Below, in pieces: positions 11,186 to 22,077 of a DNA stretch of 64,000 nucleotides (position 1 is the first letter of the stretch; every line of letters begins with the position of its first letter). Location of the stretch: assembly GCF_002854065.1 (NCBI RefSeq), contig NZ_CP024147.1. One strand, 5' to 3'. This stretch comes from Escherichia coli (GTDB taxonomy: Bacteria; Pseudomonadota; Gammaproteobacteria; Enterobacterales; Enterobacteriaceae). The notes under the pieces are model-generated. The model did not search any database, was not told the origin of the DNA, and worked only from the letters and a program-made list of their open reading frames with translations. Position numbers and translations under genes: made by a program.

Positions 11186-11617
11186 ATGACAATCCATAAG
11201 AAAGGTCAGGCACACTGGGAAGGCGATATCAAACGCGGGAAGGGAACAGTATCCACCGAGAGTGGCGTGCTGAACCAACAGCCGTATGGATTTAACACGC
11301 GTTTTGAAGGCGAAAAAGGAACCAACCCTGAAGAACTGATTGGCGCAGCGCATGCCGCATGTTTCTCAATGGCGCTTTCATTAATGCTGGGGGAAGCGGG
11401 ATTCACGCCAACATCGATTGATACCATCGCCGATGTGTCGCTGGATAAAGTGGATGCCGGTTTTGCGATTACGAAAATCGCACTGAAGAGTGAAGTTGCG
11501 GTGCCGGGTATTGATGCCTCTACCTTTGACGGCATCATCCAGAAAGCAAAAGCAGGATGCCCGGTCTCTCAGGTACTGAAAGCGGAAATTACGCTGGATT
11601 ACCAGTTGAAATCGTAA
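11186..11617 (+). CDS. osmC: Osmotically inducible peroxiredoxin (OsmC/Ohr family)
   Basis: 143-aa ORF with the conserved Cys pair (AAHAACFSMAL ... KAKAGCPVSQ). Confidence 0.9.
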   Translation: MTIHKKGQAHWEGDIKRGKGTVSTESGVLNQQPYGFNTRFEGEKGTNPEELIGAAHAACFSMALSLMLGEAGFTPTSIDTIADVSLDKVDAGFAITKIALKSEVAVPGIDASTFDGIIQKAKAGCPVSQVLKAEITLDYQLKS

Positions 11618-11672
11618 AGCGTTGCAGGATGACGCGTCAGGCGCGTGAATGCCTGATGCGTTGTTAGCATCT

Positions 11673-12599
11673 CTACAGCGCCCGCCAGCACCGGAGCTCA
11701 CGTCCGTCCTCCCTTATTGCTAATGATTGCCGGACTTCGCATCCGCTGGTTGCAAGGGGGCAACGTTCGCGGAAAAAACAGCCTTGCGGCAACGTGCGGT
11801 TTCCCGGCAGTTCCGTTTTACGTAATGCCCATTCTTCCTCCAGCGGTTTATCAATGGCGGGGAGGGAGTCCAGCAATAATCGGGTGTACGGATGTGCCGG
11901 AGCCGTCAGTACCTGTTGCGCGTCGCCCAGTTCTACAATCTGCCCGAGATACATCACCGCTACCCGATCGCTCATATGACGAATCACCGAGACATTGTGT
12001 GAGATCAGCACATAGGTCAGCCTGCGATTTACCTGTAGCGTTATCAGTAAATTGAGGATCTGCGCCTGCACGGAGATATCCAGCGCCGAGGTTGGCTCAT
12101 CAAGCACAATCACGTCAGGCTGCGAAGAGAGTGCTCTGGCAATGGCGATGCGTTGCCGCTGCCCGCCGGAGAACGCATGAGGCAGGCGGTCGAGATACTC
12201 CGGACGAATACCCACCTGCACAGCCAGCTCCTCTGCCAACGCTCGCCGCTGTTGTTCACTACTACGCTTAGCTATCCAGAGCGGTTCTGTGATGATGCGC
12301 CACACCGGTAAGCGCGGATTGAGCGAAGAGAGCGGGTCCTGAAACACCATCTGCATAATGCGTTGTGAGCCAGAACGGATGTACTGCCCGTGGCTCGGTT
12401 GCAGCATACCCATTAAAAGCTGTGCGAGGGTGCTTTTGCCGCAGCCTGACTCGCCGACGATCCCTAAGGTTTCACCACGGCGGATCTGTAAATCAATACC
12501 ATTAATGGCATGAACATGTTCCGTAGTTTTACCAAGCCAGTTTTTACGGGCCGGGAAATTGATATGGACGTCGCGTAACGTTAATAACGTGTCAGACAC
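11673..12599 (-). CDS. ddpF: D,D-dipeptide ABC transporter ATP-binding protein
   Basis: 308 aa; Walker A GESGCGKST and signature LSGGQRQR. Confidence 0.85.
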   Translation of the reverse strand: MSDTLLTLRDVHINFPARKNWLGKTTEHVHAINGIDLQIRRGETLGIVGESGCGKSTLAQLLMGMLQPSHGQYIRSGSQRIMQMVFQDPLSSLNPRLPVWRIITEPLWIAKRSSEQQRRALAEELAVQVGIRPEYLDRLPHAFSGGQRQRIAIARALSSQPDVIVLDEPTSALDISVQAQILNLLITLQVNRRLTYVLISHNVSVIRHMSDRVAVMYLGQIVELGDAQQVLTAPAHPYTRLLLDSLPAIDKPLEEEWALRKTELPGNRTLPQGCFFRERCPLATSGCEVRQSLAIREDGRELRCWRAL

Positions 12600-13578
12600 T
12601 TATGACCTCCTGCTGCGGATACCAACAGGCGCAGCGCTGGTTGTTGTCACCACACGCTGTCAGCGCCGGGACGTTTTCACACTGTGCACCTGCCGCATAG
12701 CAACGATCGCGAAAAGCGCAGCCGTCAGGCAAATGGGTGAGGTTTGGTACCGTCCCTGGAATGGCGGGTAATGGCTGGCGTGGTACTCCATGTTCTGGTG
12801 CGCATTGCAGCAAACCAATGGTATACGGATGCCGGGGATGATGGATAACGTCTGCCGTCACGCCGCTTTCAATTACGCTTCCGGCATACATCACGTAAAC
12901 GCTATCGCACAGTTGCGACACCACGGCCATATCATGGCTGATGAACAGTACCGCAGTTCCACTAGCGCGGGCTTTATGTTTAAGCAAACGCAGTACCTGC
13001 AACTGTACCGTGACGTCCAGCGCCGTAGTCGGTTCGTCGGCAATAATCAATTGCGGCTCGCAGGAGAATGCCAGCGCAATCATTACCCGCTGGCGCATAC
13101 CACCTGAAAGCTCAAACGGATAGCGCGACATAACTTCCACGGCATCCGGGATTTGCATCTCTTCCAGCAGGGCAATCGCTTTAGCTCTGGCTTCCCGACG
13201 ACTTATTGGTTGATGATGGCGGATCACGTCCATCATCTGAAGACCTATTCGACGTGTCGGATTGAGGGCGGTCATCGGTTCCTGAAAGATCATCGCCACT
13301 CGTGCGCCGCGCCACTGACGAAGCTGTTTTTCCCGAGCGTTAAGAACATCGTCTCCCAGCAGTGAAATCTGCCCCCGATGTACGCAATAACTGCCCGTCG
13401 GTAGCAGACGCATAATCAGCATTGCGGTGACTGATTTACCTGAGCCGGATTCTCCCACCAGACCGACAATTTCACCGCGGTTAATCTGCAAGGACACATT
13501 GTTGAGCGCGTGTACATCACCGTTAAAACCGGGGAAACTCAAATGCAGTTGTTGAATGTCCAGAACGGGTTGGGTCAT
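12592..13578 (-). CDS. ddpD: D,D-dipeptide ABC transporter ATP-binding protein
   Basis: 328 aa; Walker A GESGSGKSV, signature LSGGMRQR. Overlaps ddpF start by 8 bp. Confidence 0.85.
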   Translation of the reverse strand: MTQPVLDIQQLHLSFPGFNGDVHALNNVSLQINRGEIVGLVGESGSGKSVTAMLIMRLLPTGSYCVHRGQISLLGDDVLNAREKQLRQWRGARVAMIFQEPMTALNPTRRIGLQMMDVIRHHQPISRREARAKAIALLEEMQIPDAVEVMSRYPFELSGGMRQRVMIALAFSCEPQLIIADEPTTALDVTVQLQVLRLLKHKARASGTAVLFISHDMAVVSQLCDSVYVMYAGSVIESGVTADVIHHPRHPYTIGLLQCAPEHGVPRQPLPAIPGTVPNLTHLPDGCAFRDRCYAAGAQCENVPALTACGDNNQRCACWYPQQEVISV

Positions 13579-14471
13579 GACTGCTTTCCTCCTGCTTTCG
13601 GGTCAAGCAGATCGCGAATACCATCACCAAAGAGATTAAACCCGACGGCGGTAAGCAAAATCGCTGTCCCCGGAAATGCGCAATACCACCACTGATCGAG
13701 TACATAGTTGCGACCATTCGCTACCATCGCGCCCCATTCAGCACTCGGTTGTTGAGCACCCAGGCCAATAAATCCCAACGTGGCGGCCATTAAAATCGCG
13801 CTACCGATATCCAGCGATGCCTGCACGATCAGCGACGGCAGGGAGTTACGTAAAATATGCCAGTTGATCAGATGCCAACGCGACGCGCCAAAGGTTTTCG
13901 CCGCCTGAACATAGGTATACTGGCGTACAACTAATGCTTGCCCCCGCGCCAGGCGCACATAAAAGGGAATTCGCACAATAGCAATCGCCAGCATGGCGTT
14001 AAATAAACTCGGCCCGAGAGCGGCAGCCAGTGCCATTGTCAGTACCAACGAAGGAATCGACAGCATAATGTCCATGATGCGCATGATGATGGCGTCTGCG
14101 CGTCCGCCAAGCACACCGGATAGACATCCGAGTAGCGAACCAATCATACCCGCAATGGCGACCACCACTAATCCGGCGAGAATTGATTGCTGACTGCCGA
14201 CCAGTACGCGGCTGAACAGATCGCGTCCCACTTCATCGGTGCCAAACCAGTGCGCCGCAGAAGGCGGCAAAAGGCGGGCGGTTAAATCAATGGCGTTGGG
14301 ATCATGCGTCGCAAGCCACGGTGAAAAAATCATCATCAATAGCATTAATACAATGATGACTGCGCCGGTCACGGTGAGCGGACTGCCTTTCAGCATCCAT
14401 ACCAGTTTTGCACCGTTAAATCGCGTTTGTTTTTGTGGGCGTACGGCGGACGTTTCCTCGCTTAGCATCAT
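13575..14471 (-). CDS. ddpC: D,D-dipeptide ABC transporter permease
   Basis: 298-aa hydrophobic ORF of the DppC/OppC type; 4-bp overlaps with neighbours. Confidence 0.85.
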   Translation of the reverse strand: MMLSEETSAVRPQKQTRFNGAKLVWMLKGSPLTVTGAVIIVLMLLMMIFSPWLATHDPNAIDLTARLLPPSAAHWFGTDEVGRDLFSRVLVGSQQSILAGLVVVAIAGMIGSLLGCLSGVLGGRADAIIMRIMDIMLSIPSLVLTMALAAALGPSLFNAMLAIAIVRIPFYVRLARGQALVVRQYTYVQAAKTFGASRWHLINWHILRNSLPSLIVQASLDIGSAILMAATLGFIGLGAQQPSAEWGAMVANGRNYVLDQWWYCAFPGTAILLTAVGFNLFGDGIRDLLDPKAGGKQS

Positions 14472-15490
14472 TCACCACCTCCACGTCCGATACGCGGATC
14501 AATCCACAAATAGAGCAAATCCACCACCAGGTTGACCAGCACATAAGCAAATGAAACCACGACGGCAAAGCCCATCACTGCCGGGAAGTCGAGCGCCTGT
14601 ATTGATGTTACTACCCATGCCCCCATTCCGGGCCAGGCAAAAACGGTTTCGGTGAGCACTGCGCCATACAACAAATCGCCCAGCGCCAGACCCAATACGG
14701 TAATCGATGGGATCAACGCATTGGGTAGCGCATAACATAAAACGATATACCAGCCGGGCAAGCCGCTGGCCCGGGCGGTACGAATGTAGTCTTCACTCAA
14801 TTGTTCCAGCATCGCTGAGCGGATCTGGCGAGCGACAATTCCCAGGTGAACGAACGCCAGCGTTAATGCCGGTAAGATGAGATGTTGCAACGCATTGAAG
14901 AAGACTTCACTGTTGCCTTCAAGCAACGCATCGAGCAGATAAAAGCCGGTAACGTGCGTTGGTGGATCCAGCCAGTCATCAAGCCTTCCGCCGCCGGGAA
15001 GTATTTGCAGATGACCATAAAACAGCACAATGACGCCCAGCCCAAGCCAGAACGCAGGTGTGGAGATTCCGGTAATGGCCATTATTCGCACCAGATGATC
15101 CAGCCAGCGATTTCGCCAGACTGCAGAGAGTATGCCCAGCGGGATGCCAATCAAGAGTGCCAGCAGCAGGACACAAAAAGCCAGCTCCAGCGTCGCCGGG
15201 AAAAATATACGCAACTCTTCCAGCACCGGACGCCCGGTACGAATGGATGTCCCCAGGTCACCATGAAACAGATCGCTGACGTAGCGGTAAAACTGTACGT
15301 ACAGTGGCTGGTCCAGCCCCAGTTGCTGGCGAATATTTTCCACGATAGCATCGCTGGCGCGGTCACCTGCCAATAACCGCGCCGGATCGCCGGGGATCAG
15401 ATGCGAGATAATAAACGTAATCACACAGACCCCCGCCATCACGAGCACCAGCCCCCAACAGCGTTGGCGTAAAATACTCCAGAAGGTCAC
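14468..15490 (-). CDS. ddpB: D,D-dipeptide ABC transporter permease
   Basis: 340-aa hydrophobic ORF of the DppB/OppB type. Confidence 0.85.
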   Translation of the reverse strand: MTFWSILRQRCWGLVLVMAGVCVITFIISHLIPGDPARLLAGDRASDAIVENIRQQLGLDQPLYVQFYRYVSDLFHGDLGTSIRTGRPVLEELRIFFPATLELAFCVLLLALLIGIPLGILSAVWRNRWLDHLVRIMAITGISTPAFWLGLGVIVLFYGHLQILPGGGRLDDWLDPPTHVTGFYLLDALLEGNSEVFFNALQHLILPALTLAFVHLGIVARQIRSAMLEQLSEDYIRTARASGLPGWYIVLCYALPNALIPSITVLGLALGDLLYGAVLTETVFAWPGMGAWVVTSIQALDFPAVMGFAVVVSFAYVLVNLVVDLLYLWIDPRIGRGGGE

Positions 15491-15491
15491 G

Positions 15492-17042
15492 TTATTTACT
15501 CATGGTATTGATATTGAAGACCTGTTCCAGCATGGGATTGAACACAAAGCCTTTCACCTCTTTGTTCATCGCCAGTTGGTAGTTTTTCTGGAACAGGTAC
15601 ACATAAGCAGCGTCATCAATGACGATTTTCTGTGCCTGCTGGTAGTTCCGGGTACGCTGCGTCTGGTCGGTGGTCGCGAGCGCATTGCGCAGTAACTTAT
15701 CAACCTCACTGTTTTCATAGAACGAGCGGTTACCCGGCAGACCTTTTTTGTCGGACTCAAACCAGTAATTCATAAACATATACGGGTCGGCAAAATCCGG
15801 ACTCCAGTTGCCAATCGCAATGTCGTAATCACCTTTACCCACTCTGTCGCGCATGGTGGCGTTCGCCAGCTTTTCCAGCTTCACATTGATGCCCAGCTTG
15901 TTGAGACTGGATTGTGTCGCTAGAGCAATAGGCTCCCAGTTCGGATCATTATCAGAATAGAGAAACGTCAGGCTGGTGGGTTTGCTCTTCACTTTATCCC
16001 ATTCGGCTTTGGCTTTCGTTTCGTCATGGTTGTATTGCATTGCCGTCGCATCGTAGCCCCACATGCCTTCCGGAATCGGGCCGCGCATTTGTTTTCCGTT
16101 ACCACTCAGAATGCCGTTAACCATGCCCTGATAATCGGTAGACCAGGAAATGGCCCGCCGCAGCTCCGCCTGATTAAGTGGCGCTTTGCTGTTATTCAGA
16201 TACAGATAGGTGACGCGCAGTGACGGATACTCTGCCACATTGACTTTATTTTCCTACTTCAGGGCGTTGAGTTGATCCACCGGCAGCGCATCGGCAATGT
16301 CAATGTCGCCACGGGAGAGCTGCAGGCGACGGGAGGCACTTTCACCGATAATTTTTACCGATACTCGCTTAAAGTTCGGTTTATTGCCGGGGTAATGCGG
16401 ATTTGGCACCAGAACTAATTGCTGACCTTTTTGCCAGCTTTTCAGCATAAATGGTCCGGAACCGGCGGTATTTTGCGCGAGGAAGCCGCGGGCATCATCC
16501 GCCGCATGTTCCTTTAACACCGCCGGATTGATAATGGATGCACCGTCATTCGCCAGCGTGTAGAGGAACGGTGCGAATGGTTGGCTAAGGGTAAACTTCA
16601 CCGTATGTTCGTCGGGAGCATCAATCTTTAAATCTTTGGGAAATGCTTCTGCTGGCCCCTGGCCGATTTTTAGTAGCCGCTCAAAAGAAAGTTTTACTGC
16701 TTCGGCAGTGACAGGTGTGCCATCGGCAAATTTAGCATTATCTTTCAGGGTGAACGTCCACTCTTTTTGATCGTCAGACGCTTTCCAGCTACTTGCCAGA
16801 TCGCCTTCAACGTCGGTTGAGCCTTTATCACCGTCCGTTTTGTACTGAACCAGTCGCTGATAAGACGGGTAGGTCACCGTCCAGTCGTTATTATCTATTG
16901 TTACCGCCGGGTCGAGGGTTTGTGGATCGGCGGCCTTACCAATCACCAGCATATCTTTCGGTACGGCGGCGTGCGCAACCGGGAAAGTTGTGGCAAGGAC
17001 GAGCGCGAGCAATGTGGGACGAAACGATATCGATCTCTTCAT
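15492..17042 (-). pseudogene. ddpA: D,D-dipeptide periplasmic binding protein gene interrupted by a single in-frame TAG (codon 263 of 516)
   Basis: Track ORFs 16254..17180 and 15492..16238 are in the same frame, separated only by the TAG at 16254..16256 (…LDQLNALK * ENKVNVAEYPSLRV…). Signal peptide MKRSISFRPTLLALVLATTFPVAHA at the start; SBP family 5. Confidence 0.8.
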
Positions 17043-17055
17043 GACAGTTTCCTGA

Positions 17056-17637
17056 TTAACTGACGTGCTGTGTGCCAGGGGATATAAAACAAGAGAATTG
17101 ATCAGCGAGCAGTGGGTAACTCGCTGCCTGGGGTAATTCGAAGTGCCACCATTCGCTGGAGATACCGACAAAACCGCCACCAGTCATAATCGCATTCAGC
17201 AACAGCCGATTGCGCTGAGCGGCGGGCGGGACGGAAGGATGGTAAGCATGGGAGCGCTCGTGCATTTCATCGAACCCTGCGCCCATATCGAGGATGTTCC
17301 CGTGCTCATCACGAAGCGTCAGGTCGATCGCCGTGCCACGGCTGTGATTAGAACCGACCGTCACATCAACAACATATTGCGGGTCTGGGCAGGCTTGCCA
17401 CAACATCGCCTGCGCTTGTTGTGGGCGATACGCATCGTAAATCACCAGTTGTAAGCCTGAGAGCTGGGCGATACTGATACTTTTCGCCAGCGCGGTAATC
17501 GCATCCTTGTGTAACAGACAACGCGCTTGCTGATAAATAGCTTTACCTGTGATGTTATCAGCGCAGGCGTATTTCAATTCGATCTCCAGATCAGGGAAGA
17601 TTACGGCTAAATCAACCAGTTCGGTGGTATCCGACAT
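17056..17637 (-). CDS. ddpX: D-Ala-D-Ala dipeptidase (VanX homolog)
   Basis: 193-aa ORF with zinc-dipeptidase motifs (SNHSRGTAIDLTL, EWWHFE). Confidence 0.85.
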   Translation of the reverse strand: MSDTTELVDLAVIFPDLEIELKYACADNITGKAIYQQARCLLHKDAITALAKSISIAQLSGLQLVIYDAYRPQQAQAMLWQACPDPQYVVDVTVGSNHSRGTAIDLTLRDEHGNILDMGAGFDEMHERSHAYHPSVPPAAQRNRLLLNAIMTGGGFVGISSEWWHFELPQAASYPLLADQFSCFISPGTQHVS

Positions 17638-17680
17638 AAACGGTTCCTGTATAAGACAAAAATTGCTGCGCTTTCCGCTT

Positions 17681-17697
17681 ATGCAGATCTCATGCCA
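17681..17697 (-). promoter_or_regulatory. Sigma-54-type promoter (TGGCAT-N6-TGCAT) upstream of ddpX
   Basis: Minus-strand sequence tggcatgagatctgcat has GG and GC at the canonical -24/-12 spacing, about 45 bp upstream of the ddpX ATG. Fits the known nitrogen (NtrC) control of the ddp operon. Confidence 0.45.
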
Positions 17698-17894
17698 TGC
17701 CGGGATAAGCGCCAGAATGCTGGCTTAAAGTTATATTTTTTAACTTTTGATCAACATTTGTGCAGCGTAGTGCAGTTTTGGTGCAAGAGGGGAAGTTAAG
17801 GAAGGAATCTCCCGGAATCGTAGCTGAAATCACAGTATTTAAGTGACAGTGTCACGTTAAATGAAAACCCGCGAGTGCGGGCGAGAGGAATTTG

Positions 17895-20294
17895 TCAGAT
17901 TTTCAGCGGTAACACGCTGCTCATCCAGCCTGGAATTTCTTCGGCGGGCAGGGGGCGGGAAAAGAAATATCCCTGAATAACGCGACAGTGGATCTTGCGT
18001 AGCATCTCAAATTGCTCTTTGGTTTCGACGCCTTCCGCCACGACGGTTAAATTGAGGCTTTGCCCAATGCTGGTAATGGCTTCAAGTAAGGCAAGGATGC
18101 GTTTTTCCGTCAGACAACGATCGACAAAACTTTTGTCAATTTTGATTTCCGTTACCGGAAGACTGACTAAGCGGGATAATCCGGAAAAGCCCGTGCCAAA
18201 ATCATCTACCGATAAACCCACGCCCATATCACGCAGGATCTGAATGCGCTTAAAGATTTCGGTATCGTGTTCCATCATCATGCTTTCCGTGATTTCCACC
18301 GTCAGCTGGTGGCCGTCAATACCCCAGGCTTGCATTGCATCAGACACCTGATTAGGCAGTTGATTACTGCGAAAGTGCAGCGCCGACAAGTTCACGGATA
18401 ACGCCGGGATATGAATATTCTGGCTACGCCATTCTGCTAACTGACGGCAAGCTTCCGCGATGACCCTGCGCCCAATATTTTCGATTTCACCAATCTCTTC
18501 TGCGAGAGGAATAAACCGTGAAGGGGGCACATGACCATGCTGGGGATCGTGCCAGCGAGCAAGGGCTTCGATGCCGTACAGTTCACCCGTTTCTGCGAAG
18601 ATTTGCGGCTGGTAAACCAGTTTCAGTTGGTTATTGCTAATCGCTTCTTTCAGCGCTGCGCCTAAAACCAAACGCTCTTTTACCATTTCGTTCATCGCCG
18701 GGCTGAAGAACTGCCAGCCGTTACCGCCATTCTTGCGAATATAATCCATTGCATTGTGAGCAGTGGAGAGCAGGTAATCGCGGTTTTTACCCACGTCGTA
18801 GCTGATGCCAATACTCAAGGTAAGCGGGAAGGGTTTATCGTCAATCATTATCGGCTTGCTGACCACATTCCGTAGCTCATCGGCGATTTGGGTAATGTTA
18901 CTGACGTCGTTTTCCAGGCTCACGAGGACAAACTGCGTACCTTCGATACGACAGAGATACTGATCCGGTTTGAGTTTTTCACGAAAGCGATTGACCACTT
19001 CCAGCAATGCCTGATCGGCCCACGCATAGCCAAGGCTATCAATCACATCCTGAATATGGTCAACACCGATGAGATACACCACCGGAGAGACGGCTTTGTC
19101 GACCAGGTCATCGAGGTAATTGTGCAGGTTATTGCGATTTGGCAGACCGGTCATCGGATCAAATTGGATGAGTTGTTCAATATGCTGACGGCTTTTTTCC
19201 TGTTCCAGCGCCAGCGCGGCCATATGCTGGCTGATATCTGCCACGCGTTCGATAAAGGCGCTGGTTTCTGCTCCTGACGAGGTTTTAATTTGCAGGATCC
19301 CCGCAGGCGCACCATCACGCTGACGAATGGTCGCTGACCAGCTTTGCGCATTTTGAACTTCTGCACCGTGCGAAGATGACGCCCAGTGTATCGGCATCCC
19401 GTTGCGCAGTGCGAACAGCGAAACATGCGATTCGTTGAGAACAGATTCGATATTACGACAAATGATTTCCCCCATTTCATGAAATGGCGGGCTGCTGCAC
19501 ATGGCGGCGAGAATATTGCCTTCAAGCTGGCGGATCTGCCGTTCTTCGGTGATATCCGAGAAAGTCATTACCAGGTTCTGCAGATGCGCGAGCACGTCAT
19601 AAACCGGGCTGATAGAGGCTTTAATCCAGATTTTTTCACCGGTGCGCGTCAACAGCAGAAATTCGTCCTGATCGCGGGCGGTTTTCCATAGCAACTGTTG
19701 TAAACGAATGCGGTTATCGGCAGGGAATTCAGGAATGTTCAGGAGTGTATCGGGCTGCATACCGCTGGCTTCGCTAATGCAGTAACCAAACATTTCGGTA
19801 AATGCGCGATTGCACTGCACAATATGGCGTTCCGGATCGAGGACAATCACCGGTCGGTCGAGATGGTCAACGGCAATAATCAATTGTCTGGTCTGTTCTT
19901 TTTGCGCCATTTCTACGCTGGCATCCCGTACCAGCGCCAGGTAATAAACTTTCCCCTCGGCGCTCACTTTCGATAGCGCAAAACGGGTCCAGATTTTACT
20001 GCCGTCTTTTTTCTCCAGCTGCAGCTCCCGACTCATCCCCTCAACACGCGCTTTACCGCCTTCACGGTTATGACGAATGTATTCAGGATGCGCAGGACGC
20101 AAATCCCGCGGAATCAGCATATCAATGTTATTGCCAATGACTTCTTCACGTTTGTATCCCCAGAGCTTCTCTGCGGCGGGGTTGAAAAACATCACTTCAT
20201 CATTTTCGTTAATTAACACCGCACCCATCATATTTTGCTCAAGGGCGGGGAAAAAAATGCCATCGGCGGCATTATCCGCATCGGTTAGCTTCAT
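17895..20294 (-). CDS. dosP: Heme-regulated c-di-GMP phosphodiesterase (PAS-PAS-GGDEF-EAL), oxygen sensor
   Basis: Start taken at MKLTDADNAADGIFF (799 aa); degenerate GGDEF and an EAL domain (EALARW, DDFGTG). Confidence 0.9.
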   Translation of the reverse strand: MKLTDADNAADGIFFPALEQNMMGAVLINENDEVMFFNPAAEKLWGYKREEVIGNNIDMLIPRDLRPAHPEYIRHNREGGKARVEGMSRELQLEKKDGSKIWTRFALSKVSAEGKVYYLALVRDASVEMAQKEQTRQLIIAVDHLDRPVIVLDPERHIVQCNRAFTEMFGYCISEASGMQPDTLLNIPEFPADNRIRLQQLLWKTARDQDEFLLLTRTGEKIWIKASISPVYDVLAHLQNLVMTFSDITEERQIRQLEGNILAAMCSSPPFHEMGEIICRNIESVLNESHVSLFALRNGMPIHWASSSHGAEVQNAQSWSATIRQRDGAPAGILQIKTSSGAETSAFIERVADISQHMAALALEQEKSRQHIEQLIQFDPMTGLPNRNNLHNYLDDLVDKAVSPVVYLIGVDHIQDVIDSLGYAWADQALLEVVNRFREKLKPDQYLCRIEGTQFVLVSLENDVSNITQIADELRNVVSKPIMIDDKPFPLTLSIGISYDVGKNRDYLLSTAHNAMDYIRKNGGNGWQFFSPAMNEMVKERLVLGAALKEAISNNQLKLVYQPQIFAETGELYGIEALARWHDPQHGHVPPSRFIPLAEEIGEIENIGRRVIAEACRQLAEWRSQNIHIPALSVNLSALHFRSNQLPNQVSDAMQAWGIDGHQLTVEITESMMMEHDTEIFKRIQILRDMGVGLSVDDFGTGFSGLSRLVSLPVTEIKIDKSFVDRCLTEKRILALLEAITSIGQSLNLTVVAEGVETKEQFEMLRKIHCRVIQGYFFSRPLPAEEIPGWMSSVLPLKI

Positions 20295-20318
20295 GATTAC
20301 CTCTGCATCCTGGCGCAT

Positions 20319-21701
20319 CTAAAGACTGGCTTTCCAGAGTTCAACACGGTTTCTACCTCGTCTTTTGGCGATATACAGAGCTTCATCGGCTATTTGAATG
20401 AGGCGCTCATAGTCAGGATGACCATTAAACATGGCGGCACCGATGGAAAGTGAGAGGGCAATATCTTCGCCGTTTGCGGCTTTCAGTTTGGTTTTCTCCA
20501 CCCGACTGCGAATACGTTCTGCGGTACGTAACGTTTCGTTTTCAGAAGCTTCAGTCAAAACAATGATAAATTCATCGCCCCCGTAGCGGAAAACATAATC
20601 ACTACTGCGGACGTTGTCATAAAAGGCCTGAGAGACTTTACGCAGAATTTCATCGCCAGTGTTATGGCCCCACGTATCGTTGATCTCTTTGAATTTATCA
20701 ACGTCAATAATCAGCACTGACAGCGGTGTACCGGTCCGGTTGGCATGGGCAATTTCGCGTTTGAAGATAGTCGGCAGGAAACGGCGGTTAAGTAATTTCG
20801 TCAGTACATCCATACCGACTTCGTGGCGCGATACTTCTTCAAACAATTCACGCAGCAAGGTAATAATTTGCGATACGGTATTTCTTATCTGTAATAAAAA
20901 TTTCACCCGCAGACTTCTGTTATTCAAATTCCTGGTGTTACGCATGGTTTGATTGAAAATACCGTCGAAATCCTGAATCAGACGGGAGATATGGCCTACT
21001 TCGGCAATGCCACTAAAATAATGTCGACCTTTATGGTTAAACCACAGGCCAAAATCAGCCTGGCTTAAAGGCAAACTACTGCCTAAATCAGAATCCAGCA
21101 GGATTTTATAGATGATATCTATTTCCCATGAAAGTATTGAGGCTATTTGCCGTTCTTTTTCTTCTTCGGCGTTTTCCAGTAACGAGAAGATACGATAGTT
21201 TTCATCTTCTTTTGAGGCACTACTGTCACTAAAGGTAAACGCGCGGGTCATCACTTCCATAGCGATATCAATACTGTTAATCGAGAAATGGTAGACCTGA
21301 AGTTTTTCTGCGGCAGAATAATCCGAAGAGAAGATTACCGGATAGAGGATCTTTTTCAGCACCCGAAACCCCATCTCGACAATTTCTACCGGAATTCCTA
21401 TGCGGGCATGCACTTCCGCGACGGTATGCTGGATTTGTATTAGCCTTTCGGCATCGTCAACCTGGGCAGAAAGCACGTTAATAATCCAGCGTTCCATCGC
21501 ACTTTTCAACTGCCGCTCAACTTGTTCATTACCCAAGAATTCTTCGGCATGCGGGTCGATGCGGACAATTCGATAAAACTCGATACTCAGATAATGAGCA
21601 TGCGCAACGGCAATTTCCGCGGCTTTAGCACGAATGGGCGGATCTGCCTGCTCGACAAGTCCGGTCCACTCATCTTTCATTCTTTTAAAATACATCTCCA
21701 T
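20319..21701 (-). CDS. dosC: Globin-coupled diguanylate cyclase, oxygen sensor
   Basis: 460-aa ORF; C-terminal GGDEF domain (RYGGDEF) and N-terminal sensor globin. Confidence 0.9.
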   Translation of the reverse strand: MEMYFKRMKDEWTGLVEQADPPIRAKAAEIAVAHAHYLSIEFYRIVRIDPHAEEFLGNEQVERQLKSAMERWIINVLSAQVDDAERLIQIQHTVAEVHARIGIPVEIVEMGFRVLKKILYPVIFSSDYSAAEKLQVYHFSINSIDIAMEVMTRAFTFSDSSASKEDENYRIFSLLENAEEEKERQIASILSWEIDIIYKILLDSDLGSSLPLSQADFGLWFNHKGRHYFSGIAEVGHISRLIQDFDGIFNQTMRNTRNLNNRSLRVKFLLQIRNTVSQIITLLRELFEEVSRHEVGMDVLTKLLNRRFLPTIFKREIAHANRTGTPLSVLIIDVDKFKEINDTWGHNTGDEILRKVSQAFYDNVRSSDYVFRYGGDEFIIVLTEASENETLRTAERIRSRVEKTKLKAANGEDIALSLSIGAAMFNGHPDYERLIQIADEALYIAKRRGRNRVELWKASL

Positions 21702-22077
21702 AATTCACACCCTTATAAGGCTGGGAAATCAGACGGAATCAAAATGAAACGCAACGTGCGAGATCGACTAACTGCACCATATTCTCCTGAAATATGAAGA
21801 TATACTGAAAAGAAATAAGCGACTTAGGACAGTTTCAATCTACGCTACTGTTCTTCAGAAGAGTATAGCCCATCGTAATTATTTTTCGGTGACTGCGAAT
21901 ATCGTATGGTTTTTCATATTCATACATTTTTATTAGGGGGATTATGGCTGTTTAACTAAGTGTGGTTAATTGTGTGGTTAATTTGACTTATGTAAGCATG
22001 ATTACTAGTGGGATATTTCAAGAGGGTAACAAGCCAGTGGGTAAAGCACTGGCTTGTTACAAAGTAAAAATGGGAGT

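Noticed and set aside
21522-21797. 91-aa plus-strand ORF spanning the dosC start and upstream region
   Set aside because: Overlaps the dosC 5' end in antisense and extends into AT-rich promoter DNA; no ribosome-binding site and no homology signal.
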